Shown: positions 18,268 to 29,522, numbered from the stretch's first letter. The stretch is DNA of 32,000 nucleotides from Candidatus Saccharimonadota bacterium (GCA_029851085.1 CP100318.1:120001-152000), one strand, 5' to 3'. The notes: generated by a model not told the origin, from the letters alone. Translations and numbers: made by a program.

Positions 18268-18679
18268 TACGCATAATTGTTGTATCTTCATTCATTACTT
18301 TTTTTAAAGTAATTAAAAATTTTTGTATAATAGGAGATATTAATTCTTTTTCTTTATTTAATAAATCATTAGTAATCATTTTTTGAAATGAATCTTTTTT
18401 TTTCAATAAAATTTCATTTTTATCAAAGTTATTAAATGACATTTCGTAATTAATTTTTTTTAAATAATTTTCATAATTATTTATTAATACTTCTAATTTT
18501 TTTTTATATGAAATATATTCAGGCATATTAGAAAATACCTCCCAACTATTTACACAAACAATTTTATAAGGTTTAATTACATTTTTAGGGAAAATGTTGT
18601 TATTATACAATCCTAAAAATGATATAATTATTAAAAATATAATAATTATATTTTTCATAAATTTGTTTTTTATAAACAT
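18176..18679 (-). CDS. OmpH/Skp family periplasmic chaperone
   Basis: 167 aa. It has a signal/TM-like N-terminus, a lysine/glutamate-rich coiled-coil middle, a C-terminal ...INIGPDITNKVKKELN pattern, and lies immediately downstream of bamA. The start could instead be the second Met (18658). Confidence 0.8.
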   Translation of the reverse strand: MFIKNKFMKNIIIIFLIIISFLGLYNNNIFPKNVIKPYKIVCVNSWEVFSNMPEYISYKKKLEVLINNYENYLKKINYEMSFNNFDKNEILLKKKDSFQKMITNDLLNKEKELISPIIQKFLITLKKVMNEDTTIMRIDDSSPGKGVLINIGPDITNKVKKELNCIK

Positions 18680-18693
18680 AAGATTTTATTTAT

Positions 18694-20991
18694 TTATTTT
18701 TCCAATAAATAATTAATTTTCCATTTTGAATTATTATCAAATCCATATCCTATATCAATTCCAACAACTCCTAAAATAGGAATATATATACGAATACCAG
18801 TTCCTATAGATCTATTTAATTTAAAAGGATTATATTCATAATATGATTTATATGTATTTCCACCTTCTAAAAATCCTAATCCCCAAATTTTAATTTGATC
18901 AGAAAAAATAAATGGTAAATAAATTTCAATAATAAATTTATTAAAAATAATACCTCCCATATTATTTGAATTATAACCTCTAATACTATTAAATTTATTT
19001 GATTTTAAATCATTGTTAAATCCAAATTCTGATCCAATTTTTGTTACAAAGGTTGAAAACAATTTTTTATACCAAAATATTGATGATTTGATTTTAAAAT
19101 ATTCATGAAAAGAATTATTTCTTATTAATGATGGAGTTAATGTTGTATTTATTTCAAATATTGAACCACTAATAGGAAAAATTTTATTGATTAAAGAATC
19201 ACGTTTAAATTTTAACATTAAATATATATCATATAATGATTTTGAGTAATCACAATTAAAAGATAAATTAATATTAGAATATTTATTAATAATATTATTC
19301 ATTCCTAATGAATATGATTTAGAATTATTATTAGATTTATCATATTTAATAAGAAGAGTAGATTTACTTAATGGTTTAGACCACAAAAATCCTATAGAAT
19401 TATTTAATCCTATTTTTTTATACAATGATAGATATTCTCCATCTCCTTGAGGAATAAAATTAAATGAATCTCTTTTTTTTAAAAAATCTGAAATAGAAAA
19501 ATTATTAATGTTTAAAGTTACAGTTCCTGTAATATGTTTATTAACTAATCCACCTTCTAATTTAATTTGAGAATTTCTTTTTTCTAAAAAATTCCAATCT
19601 AAATCTACAGTATTATTATTATTATATTTTATATAAGGACTATTTTTATCTAAATCACCTAATTCTTTTAAATTATTAAAAGTATTTTTAATTTCTTCTT
19701 GAGAAAAGATTTCTCCTGGTAATGTAGTTATTCTACTCATTAGAACATTATCTTTAGTTTTTAAATTTCCTGAAATATTAATTTTATTAAAAGTCATTAA
19801 TGGTCCTTCTTTTATATCTATAAATAGATCAATTTTATTATCTACAATTTTTTCACTAAAATTTATATTACAGAATAGATAACCTTTTTTTAAATAAAGA
19901 GAAGTAATGTTATTAATAATATTATTATTAATATAATTTAAATTATAAACATCACCTTTATTAAAATTTAATACATCAATTAGATATAATTGATTAATAT
20001 TTTTATTACCATTAAAATAAATATTATTTACATAATATTTTTTTCCTTCATAAATTTTTATATGTATAATATAATCATCAGAAGTTTTATCAATATTATC
20101 TTTTATTATTTTTGCATCTATATAACCTAAAGATTTATAATAATTAATTATATTAATTTTATCTAATTCATATTTATTTTTAATAAAAATAGATTTATTT
20201 TTAAAATTAAAATTTTTAAAATTTTTAAAATTAAAATTTTTCAAATTTTTAAAATTAAAGGATTTTTTAGTCTCTTTCATAAGACTTAATAATTTTCTAT
20301 CAGATATAATTTTATTTCCTTCAAATAATATTTCTTTTATTTCATTTATTTTACCCTTATTAACATTAATAAATAATTGATTATTTTTGATTGTCAAAAT
20401 AATGTTAACGTTATTATATCCTTTTTTTAAAAAAAATTTTTTTATAAGTATTTTAACATATGAAATCCAAAAATTACTAATTGGTATCTGATATATTAAG
20501 ACTCCATTTTTATCAAAAAATAATTTTTTAGACAAAAAATTATTTATAATTTCTTTAAATTCACATAATTTTATACCGATTAATTCTATATTATAAATAG
20601 AAGGTAAATTTTTTTTTTTCAAAAAAAAATTTAAATAAATATTATTATTGATAATATTATCAATATAAATATGTATATCTGAAAAAAAACCATTATTATG
20701 TAATTTTTTTAAAAAAGTAGCAAATTTCTCTTTATATATTTTATCACCAATCTTTAAGTCAATTAAATTTAATATTTTTTTATTATTAAATTTTGTATCT
20801 CCTGTTATTTTTATATCTGCTAAAGTATAAACTAATAAATCGTTAATTTTTTTTTTAATTAAATTATTATTATTAAATTCAATTAATTTATTTTTTTTTG
20901 AAAAAAAATTTTTATAATTTAAATTAGCATACCAATATATTAGTAATATAAGTAATATTAATAATATTATATATTTTTTATTTTTTTTCAT
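18694..20991 (-). CDS. bamA: Outer membrane protein assembly factor BamA (Omp85/YaeT)
   Basis: 765 aa. It has an N-terminal signal anchor, repeated POTRA-like modules (I.I.GN......I, EG..Y), and a C-terminal beta-barrel with alternating aromatic/hydrophilic pattern (GIRIYIPILGVVGIDIGYGF). It is followed by ompH, as in Bacteroidota. Confidence 0.9.
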   Translation of the reverse strand: MKKNKKYIILLILLILLIYWYANLNYKNFFSKKNKLIEFNNNNLIKKKINDLLVYTLADIKITGDTKFNNKKILNLIDLKIGDKIYKEKFATFLKKLHNNGFFSDIHIYIDNIINNNIYLNFFLKKKNLPSIYNIELIGIKLCEFKEIINNFLSKKLFFDKNGVLIYQIPISNFWISYVKILIKKFFLKKGYNNVNIILTIKNNQLFINVNKGKINEIKEILFEGNKIISDRKLLSLMKETKKSFNFKNLKNFNFKNFKNFNFKNKSIFIKNKYELDKINIINYYKSLGYIDAKIIKDNIDKTSDDYIIHIKIYEGKKYYVNNIYFNGNKNINQLYLIDVLNFNKGDVYNLNYINNNIINNITSLYLKKGYLFCNINFSEKIVDNKIDLFIDIKEGPLMTFNKINISGNLKTKDNVLMSRITTLPGEIFSQEEIKNTFNNLKELGDLDKNSPYIKYNNNNTVDLDWNFLEKRNSQIKLEGGLVNKHITGTVTLNINNFSISDFLKKRDSFNFIPQGDGEYLSLYKKIGLNNSIGFLWSKPLSKSTLLIKYDKSNNNSKSYSLGMNNIINKYSNINLSFNCDYSKSLYDIYLMLKFKRDSLINKIFPISGSIFEINTTLTPSLIRNNSFHEYFKIKSSIFWYKKLFSTFVTKIGSEFGFNNDLKSNKFNSIRGYNSNNMGGIIFNKFIIEIYLPFIFSDQIKIWGLGFLEGGNTYKSYYEYNPFKLNRSIGTGIRIYIPILGVVGIDIGYGFDNNSKWKINYLLEK
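20197..20260. repeat. 24-bp tandem repeat (about 2.7 copies) in frame inside bamA
   Basis: 20197-20220 is atttttaaaattaaaatttttaaa, 20221-20244 is atttttaaaattaaaatttttcaa, and 20245-20260 is atttttaaaattaaag. On the coding strand it encodes FNFKNLKN-FNFKNFKN-FNFKN. Confidence 0.9.
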
Positions 20992-20993
20992 AT

Positions 20994-21035
20994 TTAATTT
21001 TTAAAAAATATTTTATCTCACAATCCATTTCACGT
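20994..21035. repeat. Degenerate copy of the nadK 3' end plus its downstream 19 bp (partner at 21067-21116)
   Basis: 20994-21035 (ttaatttttaaaaaatattttatctcacaatccatttcacgt) was aligned to 21067-21116 (ttaatttaaaaaaaatattttatctaccaatccacattaatttttcacgt). 38 of 42 positions match, with one 8-nt indel (cattaatt). Confidence 0.7.
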
Positions 21036-21085
21036 TATTTATATATTTTATATTATATATATTTTTTTAATTTAAAAAAAATATT

Positions 21086-21961
21086 TTATCTACCAATCCA
21101 CATTAATTTTTCACGTAATGTTTTATAAAAAATTTTTTTATTTTTTTGTATAATTTTTACATTAAATGGTGCTTTCTTAATATATAATTCAATATTTGTA
21201 TTTAATATATATAATCTTGTATCTAATGATATTGAATAAACATTGCTAGCACTATGAATTTTTAAATGAATATTTTTATTATTTGGAATAATTAAAGGAC
21301 GATAAAAAAGATTATGTGGAGCTATAGGAGTAATAACAAAATTTTGATTTTCTGGAGTAATAATAGGTCCACCACAACTTAGTGAATATCCTGTAGAACC
21401 TGTAGGAGTAGATATAATTAATCCATCAGCCCAATAAGAGGTTAAAAATTCATCATCTATTATAGTATCTATAGTTATCATTGATACAGTATTATTACGA
21501 AATAATACTATTTCATTTAATGCAATATTAAATATATTAATATCTTTTATAGATGTTTCTAATAATAAAAGATTACGTATAGAAGAATATAATTTCTTCT
21601 TAAATATAAGATCTAAATTTTTTATAAAAAAATCTTTACTAAAAGTAGATAAAAAACCTAAATGTCCTGTATTTATTCCTAAAATAGGAAGACCAGAATC
21701 TCTAACAAATATTAAAGAATCTAATATTGTACCATCACCTCCAAAAGTAAACATAAAATCAAAACCTTTTATAATATCTTTATAAGATATATATATTGGC
21801 AAATATTTAAATTTTTCAAATTCTTTAAAAGAATTTAAAATTTTATAAAAATTTTTTTCTATATATATAGAAATAGAATTATTATATGAATATGTTAAAA
21901 ATTTAATAATATAATTAATATTTTTTTTATCTATACTATGTCCATAGACAGCTATTTTCAT
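21086..21961 (-). CDS. nadK: NAD kinase
   Basis: 291 aa. It has the GGDGT motif (FTFGGDGTILDS), the NE..L motif (ALNEIVL) and TPTGSTGYSLSCGGPI. Confidence 0.9.
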   Translation of the reverse strand: MKIAVYGHSIDKKNINYIIKFLTYSYNNSISIYIEKNFYKILNSFKEFEKFKYLPIYISYKDIIKGFDFMFTFGGDGTILDSLIFVRDSGLPILGINTGHLGFLSTFSKDFFIKNLDLIFKKKLYSSIRNLLLLETSIKDINIFNIALNEIVLFRNNTVSMITIDTIIDDEFLTSYWADGLIISTPTGSTGYSLSCGGPIITPENQNFVITPIAPHNLFYRPLIIPNNKNIHLKIHSASNVYSISLDTRLYILNTNIELYIKKAPFNVKIIQKNKKIFYKTLREKLMWIGR

Positions 21962-22034
21962 TAATTAATAATTACAATTAAAATTTAATTAAAATTTAAT
22001 TAATAATTACAATTAATTACAATTAAAATTTAAT
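21962..22034. repeat. Nested AT-rich direct repeats in the divergent nadK / rluB-like spacer
   Basis: taattaataattacaattaaaatttaat (21962-21989) recurs at 21997-22034 with an internal 10-bp duplication (aattacaatt). aaaatttaatt also occurs twice back to back (21980-22001). Confidence 0.8.
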
Positions 22035-22064
22035 GAAATAAAATATATATAAATTTTTACATAA

Positions 22065-22787
22065 ATGAAAAAAAATTATTTACGTTTAAATCATTATATA
22101 TCAAATAGTGGAATAGTATCAAGAAGAAAAGCTGATCATTTAATAAAACTAGGCCTTATAAAAGTAAATGGAAAAATTATTAATAAGATAGGATATAAAA
22201 TTAATATAAATGATAATATCATATATAATAATTATTTAATCAAACCTAAAAAAAAAATTTATTTATTATTAAATAAACCTAAAGGTATTATAACAACTAC
22301 TTCTGATGATAAAAATCGTAAAACTGTTATAGATATATTATCAAAAAAAATTACTATAAAATATAGAATTTATCCTGTTGGTCGTTTGGATAAACAAACT
22401 ACAGGTATATTATTATTAACAAATGACGGAAATATAACAAAAATATTAACTCATCCAAAATATAAAATTAAAAAAGGTTATAATGTTATTTTAAATAAAA
22501 ATTTAAATAAATTAGATTTAAAAAAAATTAAAAATGGTATTTATTTATCTGAAGGTATAACTAAAATAGATAAAATTCATTATATAAATAATTCATTAAA
22601 TGAAATATTTATTGAATTACATATAGGTTGGAATAGAGTAATAAGACGTATATTCAATTTTTTAAATTATAAAATAATTAAACTTGATCGTATTTTTTTA
22701 GGTAAAATTAAAAATAATTTAAAAGAAGGTAAATGGAGATTTTTAACAAAAAAAGAAATTATTTATTTAAATAATTTAAATAAGTGA
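22065..22787 (+). CDS. Pseudouridine synthase, RsuA/RluB family
   Basis: It has an N-terminal S4 domain (LRLNHYISNSGIVSRRKADHLIKLGLIKVNGK) and the catalytic motif GRLDKQTTGILLLTNDG. Confidence 0.88.
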   Translation: MKKNYLRLNHYISNSGIVSRRKADHLIKLGLIKVNGKIINKIGYKININDNIIYNNYLIKPKKKIYLLLNKPKGIITTTSDDKNRKTVIDILSKKITIKYRIYPVGRLDKQTTGILLLTNDGNITKILTHPKYKIKKGYNVILNKNLNKLDLKKIKNGIYLSEGITKIDKIHYINNSLNEIFIELHIGWNRVIRRIFNFLNYKIIKLDRIFLGKIKNNLKEGKWRFLTKKEIIYLNNLNK

Positions 22788-22810
22788 TTTATTCTATTGC
22801 TAAATCCTTA

Positions 22811-24058
22811 TTATATTTTTTTATATATAATAGAAACATTATGTCCACCAAATCCAAAAGTATTACACATACTTATATTTATATTTCTTTTTTTAGCTTT
22901 ATTTTTCGTTAAATTTAATTTATTATTTATCATTTTATCAATATTAAAAATATTAATTGTAGGAGGAATAATATTTTTAGTTAAAGGCAATATAGCTGCT
23001 ATAGTTTCTATTGCACAAGATGCACCTAATAAATGACCTGTCATTGATTTTGTTGAATTTATATTTATGTTAAAAACATTTTCTTTAAATAAATGTTCAA
23101 TAGCTTTTATTTCTGTTATATCTCCTAATATAGTAGATGTACCATGAGCATTTATGTGATCAACTTCTGAAGTATGAATATTAGCATCTTCTAATGCATT
23201 TTTCATAGCATTTATTATTCCTTTCCCTTCAGGATCAGGAGCTGTTATATGATATGCATCATTTGATAATCCTACTCCCTTTATTTCAGCATACATTTTA
23301 CTTTTTCTTGATTTAGCATGTTCATATTCTTCAATTACAATACATCCAGAACCTTCTCCTAAAACAAAACCATCTCTATCTCTATCAAAAGGACGAGAAG
23401 CTGTTTTATAATCATTATTTCGCGTAGATAAAGCATTTAATGCATTAAATCCACCTAAACTACTATATGTTATAGCTGCTTCTGAACCTCCAGCAATTAT
23501 TATGTCAGCTTTTCCTAAACTTATTAAATGATAAGCATCAACAATAGCATTAGCAGATGATGCACAAGATGATACAGTTGCGTAATTAGGTCCACAAAAT
23601 CCATTATTTATAGAAATAATACCAGCAGTAATATCAATTATTATTTTAGGAATAAAAAATGGATTGTATCTAGGTATATAATTTTTTTTAAAAAAATTAA
23701 ATGTCTCCTGTTCAAAAGTTAAAATACCTCCAAGACCTGAACCCCAGATAACACCTATACGATTTTTATTTTTATTATATAATTTTAATCCACTATCAAT
23801 AATAGCTTCTTCAGAAGCTATTATTCCATATTGGGTACATAAATCTAATTTATGTTTTTCTTTTTTAGAAAAAAAAAGATTTTGATCATAATTTTTAATT
23901 TCACAAGCAAATTTTGTTTTAAAATTTGTAGTATCAAAAGATTTAATTAAATTACAACCATTTTTTCCGTTAATTAATGAATTCCAATAATCATTAACAT
24001 TATTTCCAATAGGAGTCAATGCTCCTAATCCTGTAATTATTACTCTTTTAAAATTCAT
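22811..24058 (-). CDS. fabF: 3-oxoacyl-ACP synthase II
   Basis: 415 aa. It has [15 protein letters not shown], the active-site Cys in VSSCASS, the His residues in HGTST and GHLLGA, and a C-terminal GFGGHN. Confidence 0.94.
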   Translation of the reverse strand: MNFKRVIITGLGALTPIGNNVNDYWNSLINGKNGCNLIKSFDTTNFKTKFACEIKNYDQNLFFSKKEKHKLDLCTQYGIIASEEAIIDSGLKLYNKNKNRIGVIWGSGLGGILTFEQETFNFFKKNYIPRYNPFFIPKIIIDITAGIISINNGFCGPNYATVSSCASSANAIVDAYHLISLGKADIIIAGGSEAAITYSSLGGFNALNALSTRNNDYKTASRPFDRDRDGFVLGEGSGCIVIEEYEHAKSRKSKMYAEIKGVGLSNDAYHITAPDPEGKGIINAMKNALEDANIHTSEVDHINAHGTSTILGDITEIKAIEHLFKENVFNININSTKSMTGHLLGASCAIETIAAILPLTKNIIPPTINIFNIDKMINNKLNLTKNKAKKRNINISMCNTFGFGGHNVSIIYKKI

Positions 24059-24303
24059 TTTTTATCTTTATTTTGACGTTTTTCTATATAAGAAATAGCA
24101 TCACCTACAGTATAAATTTTTTCTGCATCCTCATCAGAAATTTCAATATTAAATTCTTTTTCATATTCCATAATAATTTCAACCTGATCTAATGAATCTG
24201 CTCCTAAATCATTAATAAAATTAGATTCATGTTTAATTTCATTTGCATCAACTCCTAATTTTTCTACAATAATTGCTATTACTTTGGATGAAATATCTGA
24301 CAT
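24055..24303 (-). CDS. acpP: Acyl carrier protein
   Basis: The start is taken at [18 protein letters not shown] (ATG complement at 24301-24303). It has the phosphopantetheine site DLGADSLD. The TGA stop overlaps the fabF ATG (ATGA). Confidence 0.92.
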   Translation of the reverse strand: MSDISSKVIAIIVEKLGVDANEIKHESNFINDLGADSLDQVEIIMEYEKEFNIEISDEDAEKIYTVGDAISYIEKRQNKDKK

Positions 24304-24328
24304 ATTAATTAATATTTTAATTTCTAAA

Positions 24329-24577
24329 TTACAATTTCTCAATATCACATACCATAATATTTATAATATTATTATTAACTTCAACTAGACCCCCATTTAT
24401 TTTAAATAATAAAATATTTTTTTTTTGGATTATTTTAATTATTCCTGAATCTAAAATAGATAAAATAGAATCATGATTATTAAAAATTTGAAAATATCCC
24501 ATAATTCCTGGAACAATTACACAATAAGTATCTCCATTATATACTATTTTTTCTGGAGTAATTATATATACTATCAT
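24329..24577 (-). CDS. atpC: F1 ATP synthase epsilon subunit (short, beta-sandwich domain only)
   Basis: 82 aa. [42 protein letters not shown] is the epsilon N-terminal domain. It lies directly downstream of atpD. Confidence 0.85.
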   Translation of the reverse strand: MIVYIITPEKIVYNGDTYCVIVPGIMGYFQIFNNHDSILSILDSGIIKIIQKKNILLFKINGGLVEVNNNIINIMVCDIEKL

Positions 24578-24580
24578 TAA

Positions 24581-26068
<1,488 letters not shown>

Positions 26069-26127
26069 TCAAATAAATTATTTTAATATAATTTATTATT
26101 ATTATTTTTAAATAAATATTGACGAAT

Positions 26128-26688
26128 ATGGAAAATGAAGAATTATATTCAATAATAAATAATAGCAAAATAGAAATGGAAAAATATTTATTAGTTTTAA
26201 AAAAAAAATTTTCACATATAAGAGCTGGAAAAGCTCATACATCAATGATTGAAGAAATAAAAGTTGAATATTATGGTAGTATTATTCCTTTAAAAAAAAT
26301 AGCTAATATAAGTATTTTAGATGCAATTACTTTAATTGTACAACCTTGGGAAATTACTACATTATCTAATATAAATAAAGCAATTATAAATGCAAATATA
26401 GGTTTAATGCCATCTAATAATGGAGAATTATTACATATTAGATTACCATTTCTTTCTGAAGAAGGACGAAAAGAATTAGTAAAAAAAGTTAAATCTGAAA
26501 CTGAAAAATCTAAAATAGATATTCGTAATGTTCGTAAAAATGCTAATAAATATTTAAAAAAAGTAAAAGGAATATCTAAAGATATATTAAAAAATATAGA
26601 AGATGAAATACAAGAACTTACTAACGTATATATAAAAAATATAGAAAATATATCAAAATTAAAAGAAAAAGAAATATTAACAGTATGA
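26128..26688 (+). CDS. frr: Ribosome recycling factor
   Basis: 186 aa from ATG 26128 (the tracked start at 26119 is a TTG). It has the RRF pattern IRAGKAHTSMIEEIKVEYYGS..PL, ...PSNNGELLHIRLP.LSEEGRKELVK. The stop overlaps the asnS start (ATGA). Confidence 0.92.
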   Translation: MENEELYSIINNSKIEMEKYLLVLKKKFSHIRAGKAHTSMIEEIKVEYYGSIIPLKKIANISILDAITLIVQPWEITTLSNINKAIINANIGLMPSNNGELLHIRLPFLSEEGRKELVKKVKSETEKSKIDIRNVRKNANKYLKKVKGISKDILKNIEDEIQELTNVYIKNIENISKLKEKEILTV

Positions 26689-28034
26689 AATATAATAATA
26701 TTAAAAATATTTTATCTAAAAAAGATATATCCAAAAATATAATTATAAAAGGTTGGGTACGTGCTTTTCGCAGTTTTAGATTTCTTGAAATTAATGATGG
26801 TTCTACATTACAAAATATACAAATTTTTATTAATAATAATTTTGATAAATCTTTTTTAAAAAAAATTAATATTAATACTTCAATTGAAGTCCATGGAACA
26901 ATTGTAAAAAGTAAAGGAAAAAAACAAGATATTGAAATATATGCTAAATCAATTCATATTTTTTATTCATCTGATATAAGAGAACTACAAAAAACTATTT
27001 TACAACCTAAAAATCATAGTTTAAAAAAACTTCGAGAACAAGCACATTTACGTTTTAGAACTAATATTTTTAGTGCTATTATGCGAATACGTCATAATTT
27101 ATCTTTTGCTATTCACAAATTTTTTAATGAAAAAGGTTTTTTTTATATTCACACTCCAATTATCACATCTATAGATGCTGAAGGTGCAGGAAAAATGTTT
27201 CGTGTTACAACATTAGATATTAATGAAAAATGTGATAATAAACGTGATTTTTTTGGAAAAAAAACATATTTAACAGTTTCTGGACAATTAGAAGCAGAAG
27301 CAGCAGCTTTAGCTTTAGGAAAAGTATATACTTTTGGTCCTACTTTTAGAGCAGAAAATTCTAATACATATAGACATTTATCTGAATTTTGGATGATAGA
27401 ACCTGAAATAGCTTTTTATGAATTAAATGAAACTATTCAGTTAGCAATAAAATTTTTGAAATTTATTATTTTGTATGTTACAAAATATTGTAAGGAAGAT
27501 TTAAATTTTTTAAATGATTTTAAAAAAAAACAAAATACAATTAATTATTTAGAATCAATTTTAAATAAATCTTTTGAAATAATTAGTTATACTTCTGCTA
27601 TAAATATTTTGCAAAAAAATTTTACTAATATAGTTTGGGGTATTGATTTACAATCTGAACATGAAAAATTCTTAGTAGAAAAATATTTTAAATCACCAGT
27701 TGTATTATTTGATTATCCTGAAAAAATAAAAGCTTTTTATATGCGTTTAAATAAAGATGAAAAAACTGTTAGTGCTATGGATATTCTTTTACCTAATGTA
27801 GGTGAAATAATAGGTGGTTCTCAACGTGAAGAACGTTATGATATTTTGTATAAACGTATTCATAAAATGAATATTAATAATATTAAATGGTATTTAGACA
27901 CTAGACGATTTGGATCTGTTCCTCATAGTGGATTTGGATTAGGTTTTGATAGATTAGTTCAATTTATTACGTGTATGAATAATATACGTGATGTAATTCC
28001 TTTTCCTAGAATACCTGGAAATGCAGATTTTTAA
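26685..28034 (+). CDS. asnS: Asparagine--tRNA ligase
   Basis: 449 aa. It has an OB-fold N-terminus (GWVRAFRSFRFLEINDGS) and class IIb motifs (FRAENSNTYRHLSEFWMIEPE, GSQRE, GFGLGFDRL). Confidence 0.93.
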   Translation: MKYNNIKNILSKKDISKNIIIKGWVRAFRSFRFLEINDGSTLQNIQIFINNNFDKSFLKKININTSIEVHGTIVKSKGKKQDIEIYAKSIHIFYSSDIRELQKTILQPKNHSLKKLREQAHLRFRTNIFSAIMRIRHNLSFAIHKFFNEKGFFYIHTPIITSIDAEGAGKMFRVTTLDINEKCDNKRDFFGKKTYLTVSGQLEAEAAALALGKVYTFGPTFRAENSNTYRHLSEFWMIEPEIAFYELNETIQLAIKFLKFIILYVTKYCKEDLNFLNDFKKKQNTINYLESILNKSFEIISYTSAINILQKNFTNIVWGIDLQSEHEKFLVEKYFKSPVVLFDYPEKIKAFYMRLNKDEKTVSAMDILLPNVGEIIGGSQREERYDILYKRIHKMNINNIKWYLDTRRFGSVPHSGFGLGFDRLVQFITCMNNIRDVIPFPRIPGNADF

Positions 28035-28046
28035 TTACAAAATTTT

Positions 28047-29417
28047 ATGTTAAAAGAAATATCATATCAAAAATTAGAAACAAAACTTTCTCCTCAACAA
28101 ATTCAATTAATGAAATTAGTTCAATTACCAAAATTAGCTTTTGAAGAAAGAATAATTCAAGAATTGGAAGAAAACCCTGCAATTGAAGAAGAACAAAAAG
28201 AAGAAATTGATGAGTCTTATAAAGAAGAAAATGATATTGATTTATCATATTATTCACCTTTATCTAAAAAGAAAAATTATTTAGAATCTGTATATACAAT
28301 ACATTCTAATAGTTTATATGAACATTTAAAAAATCAATTACAAATATTTTTTTTAAAAAAAGAAGATTATATTATAACTGAATTTATTATAGGTTGTTTA
28401 GATAAAGATGGTTATTTACGTAGATCTATTAATAGTATAGCAAATGATTTAACATTATTGTTAAATATAAAAATTAATGAATCTAAAATAGAAAAATTAA
28501 TTTGTAATTATATTCAAAAATTAGAACCCTATGGTATAGGAGCTAGAAATTTACAAGAATGTTTAATTTTACAATTAAAGAATAAATCTAAAACTACTTC
28601 CATTGATTTAGCAATCAAAATTCTTAAAATTTCTTTTAAAGAATTTTATAAAAATAATTATAAACAAATAATGAAAAAATTTTCAATTTCTAAATTGAAA
28701 CTTAAGGAAGCTATTTATCAAATTAAAAAATTAAATCCAAAACCAGGTATTATTTATTCTGAAATAAATTATAATACAAATTATATTATTCCTGATTTTA
28801 TTGTTACAAATATTAATGGAAAATTAGAAATTTCATTAAATAATATAAATATTCCTAATTTAAAAATATCATATTCATATATTGAAATGTTCAAATATTA
28901 CAAAAATTCCACACCAAAAAATAAGACTTTTTTTTTTATTAAAAAAAAAATTGAAACAGCTAAATTATTTATAAATGCTATAAAACAACGTGAAAATACA
29001 TTATTATTAACAATGAATGCAATTATAAATTTACAAAAAGAATATTTTAATACGGGTGATAAATTAAAAATAAAACCTATGATTTTAAAAGATATTTCAA
29101 AACAAATTGGAATGGATGTATCTACTATTTCTCGCGTAGTTAATAGCAAATATGTATCTACAGAATATGGAACTTTTTTAATTAAAAATCTTTTTTCTGA
29201 AAAATTAATTAATAAAAATGGTAAAAAAATATCCACTATAGAAGTAAAAAAAATATTAATGGATTTTATTAATCAAGAAAATAAAAATCAACCTTTTACT
29301 GATAATAAATTAAGTCAAATATTAAAAAATAAAGGATATATTGTTGCTAGACGCACTATTTCTAAATATAGAGAACAACTTAATATTCCTATTGCTAGAT
29401 TAAGAAAATCATTTTAA
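28047..29417 (+). CDS. rpoN: RNA polymerase sigma-54 factor
   Basis: 456 aa. It has the N-terminal region I (QKLETKLSPQQIQLMKLVQLP), an acidic region II, and a C-terminal HTH plus RpoN box (ARRTISKYREQLNIP). Confidence 0.92.
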   Translation: MLKEISYQKLETKLSPQQIQLMKLVQLPKLAFEERIIQELEENPAIEEEQKEEIDESYKEENDIDLSYYSPLSKKKNYLESVYTIHSNSLYEHLKNQLQIFFLKKEDYIITEFIIGCLDKDGYLRRSINSIANDLTLLLNIKINESKIEKLICNYIQKLEPYGIGARNLQECLILQLKNKSKTTSIDLAIKILKISFKEFYKNNYKQIMKKFSISKLKLKEAIYQIKKLNPKPGIIYSEINYNTNYIIPDFIVTNINGKLEISLNNINIPNLKISYSYIEMFKYYKNSTPKNKTFFFIKKKIETAKLFINAIKQRENTLLLTMNAIINLQKEYFNTGDKLKIKPMILKDISKQIGMDVSTISRVVNSKYVSTEYGTFLIKNLFSEKLINKNGKKISTIEVKKILMDFINQENKNQPFTDNKLSQILKNKGYIVARRTISKYREQLNIPIARLRKSF

Positions 29418-29426
29418 TTATTTATT

Positions 29427-29510
29427 GGAGAGATGGCCGAGTGGTTTAAGGCGCACGTCTGGAAAGCGTGTTCATAATGAATGTCAAGGGTTCGAATCCC
29501 TTTCTCTCCG
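29427..29510 (+). tRNA. tRNA-Ser (anticodon GGA)
   Basis: Hand-folded. Acceptor GGAGAGA/TCTCTCC, anticodon stem cacgt/gcgtg with loop CT-GGA-AA, long variable arm, T-arm aaggg-ttcgaat-ccctt. CCA is not encoded. Confidence 0.9.
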
Positions 29511-29522
29511 CTTGTTTTGTTG

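Noticed and set aside
20197-22034. Short tandem repeats (inside bamA and in the nadK spacer) as CRISPR-like arrays
   Set aside because: The units are contiguous with no unique spacers, the periods are 10-37 bp, the copy number is at most 3, one repeat is in frame within a CDS, and there are no cas genes.
24055-24057. Possible UGA-to-Trp recoding (genetic code 4), as in some tiny symbiont genomes
   Set aside because: TGA terminates acpP, tatD and frr exactly at ATGA stop/start junctions, and it also ends the tmRNA tag. Conserved Trp positions such as WWYGHN in CcoN use TGG. No conserved gene is interrupted by TGA. This is consistent with genetic code 11.
24304-24348. 15-codon N-terminal extension of the tracked acpP ORF, overlapping the atpC 3' end
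   Set aside because: ACP homology begins at MSDISSKV (ATG at 24303). The extension is non-conserved and would overlap atpC.
24329-24577. The 82-aa atpC as a truncated or pseudogenised epsilon subunit
   Set aside because: The ORF is intact, tightly packed after atpD, and covers the whole beta-sandwich domain. To my knowledge short epsilon subunits lacking the C-terminal helices are usual in Bacteroidota, so this is probably lineage-typical.
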